DNA of 64,000 nt from Bacillota bacterium (GTDB taxonomy: Bacteria; Bacillota; UBA994; UBA5500): NCBI GenBank assembly GCA_050949055.1, contig JBMNFA010000006.1:11759-75758 (forward strand). Direction: 5' to 3'. The first letter of the stretch is position 1. Each line of letters starts with the position of its first letter. The notes below the pieces were generated by a model that was not told where the DNA came from, did not search any database, and was given only the letters and a program-made list of their open reading frames with translations. Both the position numbers and the translations under genes were made by a program. Positions 8,835 to 18,271 of the stretch are shown one piece after another.

Positions 8835-9919
8835 AACGTCCTGACGAAAACAATTGGGAGCGTGGCCTGAGGGCCGCCCTTCCGCCCAAGAAAGCATCGG
8901 AGGAATTTAAAATGGAACTCAAACAGCGTTTACTAGACAACTATCCAAACCGCCAACGAAAACAAAGCGGTTGGAAATGGATGGGGCTGGCAGCAGCCCT
9001 GCTGTTGGTCATCGGCAATCTGGTCTGGCAGTCGATGACCCCAGTCGACCTGCCTCTGTTGCCCTCGCTAGCCTCCGCTGACCGGGAGACGCTGGGCGCG
9101 TCGGCCGGGCCGGGATTCACCGTAGAGCTGAGCTATCAACTGCAATCTGGTTTGAAAGATCTGCCGGACCGGGTGGCGGCCCATCGCTACAATGCGGTAC
9201 CCTTTTCGGCTGAGGACGCTGAGGAGCTGGCTGGCAGGCTGGGGGTTGACGGGCAGGCGGTACAGGAGCAATGGCAAGACAGTCACATTTTTGTAGTAGG
9301 TGAAGGGGAGAAGACGCTGGTGGCCTTTCCAGACGGCTTCCGCAACTATTTCAGACACTATCCGGCGACAGAGCATCCCTTTGGCAGTGAGGCGGAGTTG
9401 GTAGCAGCGGCTAAACAGTTCCTGCCGCAACTGGGGATAGACGAGGAGTCGGTGACGTTGCTGAGCGTGGTCCCAGGCAGCGTGGATACTCCTGCAGCGG
9501 TGATGTTTGTGCCAGCGGAGTTCAGCAATCAGGTGAGCGTCGCACCCTACGCGCGCATCTCGGTGGGTGCTGACCAGGAGATTTACGCCGCCGGTTGGGT
9601 CTGGCCAATGGAACGCATCCAAAGTATCGATTATCCCACCCGCACTGTGGAGCAGGCTTGGAACGATGTCTTGGCTGGAAACGCCCGCATTTCCCTGGAT
9701 TACAGCCAGCTGCAGGGGCCGGTCAGCGGCAACGTGCTGGTGGGTGATGCCATGATCAGCGATGTGGCAGTCGGCTATCTGCTCACCTACGATCAAAACG
9801 GGGAGATGGTCATGCAGCCGGTGGCGGCCTTCAGCGGTGAAGCCAGCTTTGCCGACGGCAGCGAATTGCCAGTTACCGTCTACACCGCCTTGATAGCAGA
9901 CAGTTACTACAGCGAATAG
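8831..9919 (+). CDS. putative membrane-anchored anti-sigma factor
   Basis: GTG start overlapping the sigma-factor stop; single TM helix WKWMGLAAALLLVIGNLVW after a short cytoplasmic N-domain. Called as anti-sigma from its position alone. Confidence 0.5.
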   Translation: MKRPDENNWERGLRAALPPKKASEEFKMELKQRLLDNYPNRQRKQSGWKWMGLAAALLLVIGNLVWQSMTPVDLPLLPSLASADRETLGASAGPGFTVELSYQLQSGLKDLPDRVAAHRYNAVPFSAEDAEELAGRLGVDGQAVQEQWQDSHIFVVGEGEKTLVAFPDGFRNYFRHYPATEHPFGSEAELVAAAKQFLPQLGIDEESVTLLSVVPGSVDTPAAVMFVPAEFSNQVSVAPYARISVGADQEIYAAGWVWPMERIQSIDYPTRTVEQAWNDVLAGNARISLDYSQLQGPVSGNVLVGDAMISDVAVGYLLTYDQNGEMVMQPVAAFSGEASFADGSELPVTVYTALIADSYYSE

Positions 9920-9928
9920 CGATAGCCA

Positions 9929-9959
9929 TGCAAAAACGGGGACAGTCCCCGTTTTTGCA
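9929..9959. repeat. REP family A copy 2 (identical 31-bp palindrome); terminator after the anti-sigma gene
   Basis: Exact repeat of 4404-4434. Confidence 0.7.
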
Positions 9960-10533
9960 TTCTGCCAATACTTTGGGTTTCGACCAGCTGGAACAGGGCG
10001 CGTGCCCCATGATTGGAATCAACTACCCCCAGCAGTACCCGCTGCACGCCCCGTTTCCCCAATCTGTTCACGCAAAACTCCTCGAACCAGTCGTCGTCAT
10101 ATGGGTATGCTTCCAGGTTCGGCTCAGGAAATGCGGGCTCCTTGACGGCGTTGCGCGGGAGCGGTGTAGAGCCAAAGATCGATCTGCTTGCCGTGCGCAG
10201 TGGAGCGTACGGCCGTCACTGCTGCACAAGTGGTATCAATGGAGTGCAGTCCGTTTCGCTAAAGGGTCTGATCACTGCAATTCACCTGAACTTTCTGTAG
10301 CACTGCTGGGGGATTGGCGGCTAATTCCTCTTACATGGAATCTTACTGGCATGGAGAGCAGCGGAAAAGGTGTTTTTCTGTTTCATCTGTTTCATCCATG
10401 CCGTCGTCGCTACCTTCCAAGCCGCTGGGCAAGCCCCCCAAAATGTTGATCATGACGCATCTGGCAAAGATAATGTGGTATGATCGATTCGATGAAGCGA
10501 GCGGAGAATCTGGCGAAAGGTGGGCGATAGGTC

Positions 10534-11358
10534 TTGCTGCACGTGGTAACCGACAGCTCCTGCGATCTGCCGCAGGAGATGATTGAGAGCAACAGTATCC
10601 GGATAGTGCCTTTGACCGTCAATATCGATGACCAGAGCTATCGGGAGCGGGTGGACATCACTCCGGAAGAGTTCTATGATCGGATGGCGGCCAGCAGACG
10701 GCTTCCCAAGACTTCCCAGCCATCGCCGGCCGCCTTTAGCGATGTGTTTCGGGAATTGGGCGAGCTGGGACAGGTGCTCTGTCTGACCATTTCCTCCAAA
10801 CTGAGCGGGACGTACCAGTCTGCCCGCTTGGCGCAGGAGATGTCGGGGGCGGACGTAACCGTATTCGACACCCTGGCAGGTTCGCTGGGACACGGTCTAC
10901 AGGTGCTGAGGGCTTGCAGGCTGGCACAAGCAGGGGCTACTGTCAGAGAGATAGTGGGAGAGCTCAGCGAATACCGCCGCAAGATGAAGATTCTGATTCT
11001 GTTGCAGACCTTGGAGAACATAGTCAAAGGGGGCCGCCTGAGCAGATTTCAAGGCAGCCTGGCTAGCATCCTGAACATTAAGCTGATCCTGCACAATGTG
11101 GACGGGGAAGTGCAGTTGCTGGAGAAGGTGAGGGGCAGCAAGCGGTTTCTGCAACGGGTGGTACAGGTGGCTCAGGAATTTTGTACTGACTTGGGCGATC
11201 GGGAAGTGGGCCTGACTCATTTCCGCAATTTAGAGGATGCCGAGCGGATCAAACAGTCACTGAGCGAGCAGTTATCTGCTCAGAGCTTCCTCACCAACAG
11301 CATGGGACCGACCATGGCTACTTACGCCGGCGAAGGAGGCATCATTGTCGCCTTCTAG
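10534..11358 (+). CDS. DegV family fatty-acid-binding protein
   Basis: VVTDSSCDLP N-terminus and overall DegV/EDD-fold pattern, 274 aa. Confidence 0.85.
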   Translation: MLHVVTDSSCDLPQEMIESNSIRIVPLTVNIDDQSYRERVDITPEEFYDRMAASRRLPKTSQPSPAAFSDVFRELGELGQVLCLTISSKLSGTYQSARLAQEMSGADVTVFDTLAGSLGHGLQVLRACRLAQAGATVREIVGELSEYRRKMKILILLQTLENIVKGGRLSRFQGSLASILNIKLILHNVDGEVQLLEKVRGSKRFLQRVVQVAQEFCTDLGDREVGLTHFRNLEDAERIKQSLSEQLSAQSFLTNSMGPTMATYAGEGGIIVAF

Positions 11359-11377
11359 ATGGGGTATAGTCGAAATC

Positions 11378-11410
11378 AGAGACCGCAGTCACCAGATGAC
11401 TGCGGTCTCT
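11378..11410. terminator. bidirectional hairpin terminator agagaccgcagtc-N7-gactgcggtctct
   Basis: 13-bp perfect inverted repeat between convergent degV and the capA paralogue. Confidence 0.6.
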
Positions 11411-11446
11411 GCACGCGCGGGCCAGAAGAAAGGCTGTTACGGTTGA

Positions 11447-12757
11447 CTACTCACCGATGCGTATGTATCCAACCCCATCGCAGACCTCGATCTTTGTGCC
11501 GAAGGGGGCGGACAGCTCCGCCAAGTAGTTGAGCACCTCGTCGTCTTGCAGCAGGGCGGGCAACCCTTTGCGGGAGCGGGGAAGGGTCATGTTCAGCGTG
11601 ATCGGATAGAGCTGAATCCCGGTCAATTTGCCATCCTCCATGGTCCATCCGGCCATGACTGACAGCCAGATGTTCGGCTGCACGCCGTAACCGGTGGTTC
11701 CGTTCTTGCTGCGATTGTCCATATAGGCCCCCACCTTGGTGTCCAGCGGCATGCCTCGGTTGATATAGGCATCGGCCGGTTGCAGGTCGACCGTTTCGGT
11801 CTGGAAGATGAAGTTTCCCAGACTGTAGAAGATGGGCTTGCCAGCGTAGATTTCAATGCCCCGCAACTCGTGGGGCCCATGCCCGATGATCCCGTCTGCT
11901 CCCGCGTCGATGCAGTTGCGGGCGAAGGTGCGCAGAAACTCCGCCGGTTTGGTGATATCTATCCCGTCAGCTTCGTGGGCATGGATGCTGACCAGCACGT
12001 AATCGGCCTGCTTGCGGGCTTCCCTGATCTCGCCCGCGATGCGCTCCATGTCCACCGGCAGCGGATGGGTGTGCATACCGTTTTCTTCGGAACAGACAAA
12101 GCTGAGGCCGCCAAAGGTGAGCGTGCCGGGCGCAGGCGGGTTGCGATAGCCGTTCTTGATGCTGCGCTCAGCGGCAGCGTTGATTGACGTAGCCTTGGCG
12201 ATCTGCTCTAGCGCAGCGAAGTGCTTCTGTTCCACATGGTAGCGGGTGACGTAACGCAGTGGGTTGAGACCGGGGCGACCCTGCATATCCCCACTTTGGG
12301 CGCCAGCGGCCCCTGACTCGTGGAACGATGAGGAGGCTGCAATCAGCGCTATCCTGGCGTTGTCGCACTCCAGGTAAGCGGCACGGGAAGCATCCCCCAG
12401 ATGTTTTCCGGTGCCGGCAAAGACCATCTGGCGGTCTCGCAGGTGCCTAATGGTGGCCAGCACCCCACCGTGGCTGTAATCGTGGGAATGGTTGTTGGCC
12501 GTATTGTAGAGGTTGAACCCGAATTCCTGGATATCGTCCAGAATACTGGGCGAGGCCATCGCCCAAGTTCCCCCGCTGAAGGCCGCCGGATAACCCTCAT
12601 GATCGTGGAACGTCATTTCCAGGTTGGAGAATTTGACATCGTGTTGCTGGATAATTCGTTTCACTTGGGCAAAGCCTGGATAGGCTTTAGGGACGCGGCG
12701 GGTGATGAAGGCGTCCCCGGTAGCGATAAAGGTTGTCTTGCTGGACATTAGGTGCAC
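11447..12757 (-). CDS. CapA family protein, paralogue 2
   Basis: 436 aa, N-terminus FIATGDAFITRR... parallel to 3060-4391; same motifs. Confidence 0.75.
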   Translation of the reverse strand: MHLMSSKTTFIATGDAFITRRVPKAYPGFAQVKRIIQQHDVKFSNLEMTFHDHEGYPAAFSGGTWAMASPSILDDIQEFGFNLYNTANNHSHDYSHGGVLATIRHLRDRQMVFAGTGKHLGDASRAAYLECDNARIALIAASSSFHESGAAGAQSGDMQGRPGLNPLRYVTRYHVEQKHFAALEQIAKATSINAAAERSIKNGYRNPPAPGTLTFGGLSFVCSEENGMHTHPLPVDMERIAGEIREARKQADYVLVSIHAHEADGIDITKPAEFLRTFARNCIDAGADGIIGHGPHELRGIEIYAGKPIFYSLGNFIFQTETVDLQPADAYINRGMPLDTKVGAYMDNRSKNGTTGYGVQPNIWLSVMAGWTMEDGKLTGIQLYPITLNMTLPRSRKGLPALLQDDEVLNYLAELSAPFGTKIEVCDGVGYIRIGE

Positions 12758-13090
12758 CCCTTTCGATTGACTGATGATACGAGCTCGCCACGGCCACCCT
12801 TAAGAAGCAATCAGCGTATTCTAGTAATTTTCTATAACCGTAGCATCTAATTGTTTTGAATTGTAGCATAACTGTTAGTAATTTGCCAGCGCTTTGCACG
12901 TTTTCCAGCTGATATTACCTACAGCCTCTTTTCCAGCCACGGCCATGGCAAATCCCCGCCGCCTAACTTTTCAGATATGAATCTCGAATAACCCAAATCT
13001 TTCGGTACCTGTGATATGATGCATAAAGAAGCATCAATGTCACATAGCGCAATTGATGGGTCAACATTTAACTGAGAAAGGGGTCACAGT

Positions 13091-14668
13091 ATGTACGACT
13101 ATATTCTTAAAGGCGGAACCATCGTTGACGGCAGCGGGGCACCTTCCTACCAAGCAGACGTGGCTATCAAAGATGGGAAGATAGCCAAAATCGCCCCGGA
13201 GATCACCTGCAGCGCAGCGCAAGTAATCGATGTCAGCGGCTTGACGGTAGCGCCTGGCTTCATCGATATCCACTCCCATTCGGACACGATTTTCCTGCTG
13301 GACGACCGTTGCGAAGGAAAGCTCTATCAGGGTGTGACCACCGAGTTGGCCGGCCAGTGCGGTTCTACCATCTATCCCTGCCCGGCGGACCGCATGGAGA
13401 ATATTCGGGGCTTTGCCGGCGCTCGTCTCCAGGAGTTCGCCTCGGCCTCCTTCCAGGAGTTCATGGATAAGGTGAAGGCAGAGGGCAAGCGGATGAGCAC
13501 CAACCTGATTTCGCTGATCGGCCACGGAGCTCTTCGCTGCGGCGTGATGGGCTATGAGAACCGCAAGGCGACCCCCGAAGAATTGCGAGAGATGCAGTCA
13601 CTGCTGGATCGCGACATGCAAGCCGGCGCTTGGGGCCTTTCGCTCGGACTGGGATACACGCCCGGAGTTTCGTCTGACCAGGAAGAGCTGAACGCTCTGG
13701 GTGAAGTGGTGGCCAGATATGACGGCATCATCACTTCGCACATGCGCGACCAGGGAACAAACACGCCCACATCCCTCGAAGAAATGTACGAGATCAACCG
13801 GCAGACAGGGGCGCATGTGCATATCGCCCACTTTAAAGCCAGCGGCAAAGCGAACTGGGGGCGGGCTCCGGAGTTCGTCCAGAACGTCGCCGCTGCTCGC
13901 GAAGCCGGCATCAACGTGACGGTGGACGTTTATCCTTATACCGCGGCCTCTTCCGGCATCACCAACTCCTTCCCTAAGTGGGCCATCCAAGGCGGCAAGG
14001 CGATGGCTATCGCTCGCCTAAAAGGGGAAGAGCGGCAGCAGATCATGGACTACCTGAACGAGCACTTCCAGACCCAGGCTGATGGCGACAGGTTGTATAT
14101 GGTCACCACCAACGGTCGTTATCCCGTCGCCGACGGCAAGACAGTCTGGCAGTTGAGCCAGGAGTTGGGCTTGTCCATGGCCGAGACCATCGCCAAGGTT
14201 ACTCTGGAGACCGACGCCCAGACCACCTGCATCTCCTTTGCGATGAGCGAGGAAGACGTGGATTATATGTTGTCACAGAATGACTATGCCATCGGCAGCG
14301 ACGGTCGGGGCTTACCGCTGGCCGCCGAAGAGAACCAGGGCAAACCTCATCCGCGCAACTTCGGCACTTTCCCGCGCTTCTTGCGCCTGGCCCGCGAGAA
14401 GGGCTACTGCTCCTTGGAGCAAGCGGTGCATCGCATGACCGGGCTGTCGGCCGATATCCTCGGCCTCAGCGACCGCGGTCTACTGCAGGAAGGCAAAGTG
14501 GCGGACATCACCGTGTTCGACCCGGCGAACGTCACCGACAAGGCCACCTTCGCCGATCCTTTCCAAAAGCCAGTCGGTATCGAGCACGTGTTCATCTCAG
14601 GGCAGCCGGCATTGCTCAACGGACAGCAGACAGGAGAACGGCTGGGTCAGTTCATTCTCAAGCAGTAA
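13091..14668 (+). CDS. N-acyl-D-amino-acid deacylase (D-aminoacylase), amidohydrolase superfamily
   Basis: 525 aa; MYDYILKGGTIVDGSG...GFIDIHSHSD metal-binding HxH motif; family-typical length. Confidence 0.8.
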   Translation: MYDYILKGGTIVDGSGAPSYQADVAIKDGKIAKIAPEITCSAAQVIDVSGLTVAPGFIDIHSHSDTIFLLDDRCEGKLYQGVTTELAGQCGSTIYPCPADRMENIRGFAGARLQEFASASFQEFMDKVKAEGKRMSTNLISLIGHGALRCGVMGYENRKATPEELREMQSLLDRDMQAGAWGLSLGLGYTPGVSSDQEELNALGEVVARYDGIITSHMRDQGTNTPTSLEEMYEINRQTGAHVHIAHFKASGKANWGRAPEFVQNVAAAREAGINVTVDVYPYTAASSGITNSFPKWAIQGGKAMAIARLKGEERQQIMDYLNEHFQTQADGDRLYMVTTNGRYPVADGKTVWQLSQELGLSMAETIAKVTLETDAQTTCISFAMSEEDVDYMLSQNDYAIGSDGRGLPLAAEENQGKPHPRNFGTFPRFLRLAREKGYCSLEQAVHRMTGLSADILGLSDRGLLQEGKVADITVFDPANVTDKATFADPFQKPVGIEHVFISGQPALLNGQQTGERLGQFILKQ

Positions 14669-14682
14669 CAGCAACAGCGTGG

Positions 14683-14722
14683 ATCCAAGGGAGCCTGGCG
14701 ATCAAACGGTCGCCAGGCTCCC
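14683..14722. terminator. hairpin gggagcctggcga-N6-tcgccaggctccc between convergent genes
   Basis: 13-bp inverted repeat read directly. Confidence 0.55.
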
Positions 14723-14751
14723 TCATTCCTCATTCCCCATCCCACACTCCC

Positions 14752-15603
14752 CTAACTCCCTTCTCGGCCACGCAGGTATCTCTTCTCTATCCAGGCCACC
14801 AGTTGATACATCAGCGCGGCGGCGATGGATAGCAGGATGACGCTGGTCATCACCAGGTTCATGTTCAACACTTGGCCTCCGTAGATGGCCAGGTACCCCA
14901 GTCCAGCTTTAGAAACCAGGAACTCGCCCACAATTACCCCCACAAAGGACAAGCCAACATTTACTTTCAATGCAGAGATGATGGTGGGGATGCTGGCTGG
15001 AACCACTACCTTGCTCAGGATCTGCCACCTGCTGGCACCGAAAGTCCTTACGAGCTTCACCTGGTTTTGGTCCACTTCTTTGAATCCGGTGAAGACAACC
15101 ATGATGGTGGTGATCAGGGAGATGGCCAAAGCCATGGCCACAATAGCCACCTGAGTCGTGCCCAGCCAGACTATGAACAACGGACCTAACACTATCTTGG
15201 GCAGGCTATTCAGTACCACCAGGTAGGGGTCCATCACTTTGGCCAGAAATTCTGACCACCAGAGCACGATGGCCACGATCGTCCCCACCAAGGTGCCCAA
15301 CAGGAAGCCGATGGCTGTCTCGGTGCAGGTGACTAACAGATGACGATACAGGCTGCCGTCGGTATGTAGCCTGACCATGGTGCTCCAGATGCGGGAGGGT
15401 TGGCTGACCAGGAACGGATCTATCCATTCTTGGTAGGCAGCAATCTCCCAAGCCGCAAAGCAGACCACCAGAATGGCCAGCTGTGTCAGCACGATAGTCA
15501 ATCGACGTTTCCAATGCCGCCAAATGTACTGGGCGTGCTCCGGTGTTTCCGCCGAGCTAGTGATCCTGTTGCGCAACCGAGTCCACGGGTTGTACATGCA
15601 CAT
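14752..15603 (-). CDS. ABC transporter permease (NitT/TauT/Ssu-type)
   Basis: Multi-TM ORF with an EAA-like loop; the start is probably an internal Met (the ORF-track N-terminus overlaps the upstream ATPase). Confidence 0.75.
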   Translation of the reverse strand: MCMYNPWTRLRNRITSSAETPEHAQYIWRHWKRRLTIVLTQLAILVVCFAAWEIAAYQEWIDPFLVSQPSRIWSTMVRLHTDGSLYRHLLVTCTETAIGFLLGTLVGTIVAIVLWWSEFLAKVMDPYLVVLNSLPKIVLGPLFIVWLGTTQVAIVAMALAISLITTIMVVFTGFKEVDQNQVKLVRTFGASRWQILSKVVVPASIPTIISALKVNVGLSFVGVIVGEFLVSKAGLGYLAIYGGQVLNMNLVMTSVILLSIAAALMYQLVAWIEKRYLRGREGS

Positions 15604-16354
15604 CCAACTCCTCCCAGATGCGGTTAAAGAAACGGCCAAAGGCAGGTGACCGGCGAGATTGCATGGGGGTCAGGTGGGCGTCGTCCAGTTCGATGTAGAT
15701 ATCTGCCTTGATTCGACCGGGGCGCTTGGTCAACACAATTACCCGGTCGCACATGGCCACCGCTTCCGGTATGTCATGGGTGACCAGGAGCACCGTTTTT
15801 CCAGCCTTCTTCAAAATCCCTTCCACCTCGTCCTGCATGGTCAGCCGGGTCTGATAGTCCAGGGCGGAGAAGGGTTCATCCAGAAGCAACACGCTGGGAT
15901 TGGTGGCCAGGGTGCGGATTAGCGCTGCCCGCTGTCGCATGCCTCCAGAGAGCTGACTGGGGAAGCGTTGGCGAAAGCCCCCCAGTCCGTAGCCTTGCAG
16001 CATATCGGCCACCGCCTGGACGCTAGTCTGGCTGCATTGTCTGGTCAATTCTAGACCCAGCCGACAATTGCGTTCGATGGTGCGCCAGTCAAACAGATAG
16101 TCCTGTTGCAGCATATAACCTACCTGGGCTGTTGACCCGGTCACCTCTTTGCCATCGATCAACACTTGGCCTGAGGTCGGTTTGAGCATACCAGCAATTA
16201 GGGAGAGCAACGTGCTCTTACCACTCCCACTGGGGCCAACAATGCCGACGAATTGTCCCTTTTCCACTTTCAGGGACAGATTGCTGATGGCATGGGTAAC
16301 TCCAGATAGGGTCATGTACTCCAACGACACATCCCGCAGCTCTATGTGAGCCAT
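15557..16354 (-). CDS. ABC transporter ATP-binding protein (NitT/TauT family)
   Basis: Walker A GPSGSGKST, signature LSGGMRQR, Walker B LLLDEPFSALD. Confidence 0.85.
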   Translation of the reverse strand: MAHIELRDVSLEYMTLSGVTHAISNLSLKVEKGQFVGIVGPSGSGKSTLLSLIAGMLKPTSGQVLIDGKEVTGSTAQVGYMLQQDYLFDWRTIERNCRLGLELTRQCSQTSVQAVADMLQGYGLGGFRQRFPSQLSGGMRQRAALIRTLATNPSVLLLDEPFSALDYQTRLTMQDEVEGILKKAGKTVLLVTHDIPEAVAMCDRVIVLTKRPGRIKADIYIELDDAHLTPMQSRRSPAFGRFFNRIWEELDVHVQPVDSVAQQDH

Positions 16355-16371
16355 TGCCCTCCTCCTTCTCC

Positions 16372-17385
16372 CTATCTGATCGTCTTTACCGCTTCCTCGG
16401 CAAAATCGGTGTTGGCTATGCGGCTATACTCCACTGGTTCGTCCAATTCTCCAGCTTCAATCATGATCCGCTGCAATTGATCAAACCAGGCCTCTGGTAT
16501 GACTGGATTGCTGGCCCAAGCATCTAACTCCTGATATCGCTCTATGACGGTAGTCAAGATGTCCATATTGGCATCTGGGAAAGCAGGGGCGATTACTTCG
16601 GCGATTTCTCTCGGCGTGTGGGACTGCATCCACAGCTGTGCTCGATAGATGGCGTTGGTGAACTTTTGTACCGTATCCGGGTTTTCCTTTATGTAGTTGG
16701 CCGTGGCATGGAAGGTGGTGTAGGGCAGCAACCCACTGCCTTCGCCCAAAGCGGCCACGATCACCCCTGCATTCTCCTGCTCCAGGATGCTGGGGGAGGG
16801 TTCCCAGAGTTGTACGTAGTCCCCCGTACCTTCTTTGAACGCCAGGGCGGTGGCGTCCAGGGCGATGCTCTGGATAATCTCCACATCCTGAAAAGGCACA
16901 ATTCCATCCTGCTTCAAATTCCACTCCAGTACCATCTGCGGCACCCCACCTTTGCGTCCGCCGATGATCACCTTGCCTGCGGTATCCCGCCAGCGGAAGT
17001 CCGGCTCCTCGACCCGGCCTACCAGGAACGAGCCGTCGCGCTGTGTGCAGGCGGCGAAAGCGATAATCGGATTGCTGGCGCCTTGCTTGGTGGCATACAC
17101 AGCCTGTTCGGAACCAAACAGGGCGAACTGGGCACTGCCCGAGAGGATGGCTGCAGCGCCTTTGTCAGCACCCTGAGCCACCTCCAACACCACGTCCAGC
17201 CCTTCATCTTTGAAGAAGCCGTTATGTATCGCTACATATTGTGGACAGTAGAAGATGGAGTGAATAACCTCCGAGAGTACGACCCTCTGCAGCTCGTCTT
17301 CAGTTGCTTCCCGCGGCTTGCATCCTGCCAACGACCCGAGCATCACCAACAGCAGTGCGGCGATAACCAATATGCGACCTTTCAT
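16372..17385 (-). CDS. ABC transporter substrate-binding lipoprotein (NMT1/THI5-like)
   Basis: Signal peptide plus lipobox LAGC; SsuA/NMT1-like periplasmic binding fold. Confidence 0.75.
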   Translation of the reverse strand: MKGRILVIAALLLVMLGSLAGCKPREATEDELQRVVLSEVIHSIFYCPQYVAIHNGFFKDEGLDVVLEVAQGADKGAAAILSGSAQFALFGSEQAVYATKQGASNPIIAFAACTQRDGSFLVGRVEEPDFRWRDTAGKVIIGGRKGGVPQMVLEWNLKQDGIVPFQDVEIIQSIALDATALAFKEGTGDYVQLWEPSPSILEQENAGVIVAALGEGSGLLPYTTFHATANYIKENPDTVQKFTNAIYRAQLWMQSHTPREIAEVIAPAFPDANMDILTTVIERYQELDAWASNPVIPEAWFDQLQRIMIEAGELDEPVEYSRIANTDFAEEAVKTIR

Positions 17386-17634
17386 CTATTGCCCCCCTTG
17401 TCAAGACTGGCGACATCGCTCAGTCTCGCTAGTATGGCAATATATGCTCCTCTGCGTTAAGGCGTGTCAACGAGCAACTTGTCAGCTGCGATCCGCCGCA
17501 GTGCCCTGAGGCAATGTCGCTTTAGGTGTCAGTCGCGCAGGGGACGCTGCAACTTGTCAACAAGCCATGATTAGCCCCAAGCTGCCGCTTGGCGTTAGCA
17601 TAGAAGCAGGCCACAGGAGAGGGGGGAGTTAAGG

Positions 17635-17862
17635 ATGGCAATTACCAAGAATGCCCTATCCAGTCGGCTGCAGCTAGTGGTGCAGACTGGAACAGACGGG
17701 CAAGGCAACCCCACCTTCCGCACCCGCTCGTATAACGGCGTGCGTGTGGATGCCTTAGACGAAGACGTTTACGCAGTAGCGCTGGTGATCGGCTCTCTGC
17801 AAGAGCATCCGCTGTACGCGATCAAGCGAGTGGACGAGGGTGAGCTGACAGAAGAGCTGTAG
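17635..17862 (+). CDS. DUF1659 domain small protein
   Basis: 75 aa; matches the DUF1659 pattern that occurs paired with DUF2922 in Firmicutes; SD ggagag before ATG. Confidence 0.6.
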   Translation: MAITKNALSSRLQLVVQTGTDGQGNPTFRTRSYNGVRVDALDEDVYAVALVIGSLQEHPLYAIKRVDEGELTEEL

Positions 17863-17899
17863 GGACAGCCGAGAGGTAGCAGGAAGGGGGTGAGCAAAG

Positions 17900-18124
17900 T
17901 TGGCGGCAGTAGAGACTCTGCAGATGTCATTTATCAATGCGGAAGGCCGTACCACGTCAATTTCTGTGATCGATCCCAAGGAGGGCCTTACCCCGGCTGA
18001 GGTAGAGGCAGCCATGCAGGAGATTGTCGACAAGAATATCTTCGCCACCAGCGGAGGTGCCTTGGTAAGCATTGCTTCAGCGCGTTTGATCAGCCGGGAT
18101 GTAACTATCTTGGTCGAGTCATAG
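17900..18124 (+). CDS. DUF2922 domain small protein
   Basis: 74 aa; immediately downstream partner of the DUF1659 gene. Confidence 0.6.
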   Translation: MAAVETLQMSFINAEGRTTSISVIDPKEGLTPAEVEAAMQEIVDKNIFATSGGALVSIASARLISRDVTILVES

Positions 18125-18271
18125 AGCTGGGCCGCTTGGACTTGATCCAGGCGGCCTGACTATACCGAGGTGAACGCGGGGTTTTCTTCTTGCCGTGATG
18201 GGGTATCTGATAGGAAGAATGGCGGTGAATAGAGAAGTGATCTGGCAGCAAAGGGTGAGAGGAGGCATCTG

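Noticed and set aside
9068-9796. 242-aa minus-strand ORF inside the anti-sigma gene
   Set aside because: Antisense to the better-supported + strand gene, which is translationally coupled to the sigma factor; no recognisable motifs.
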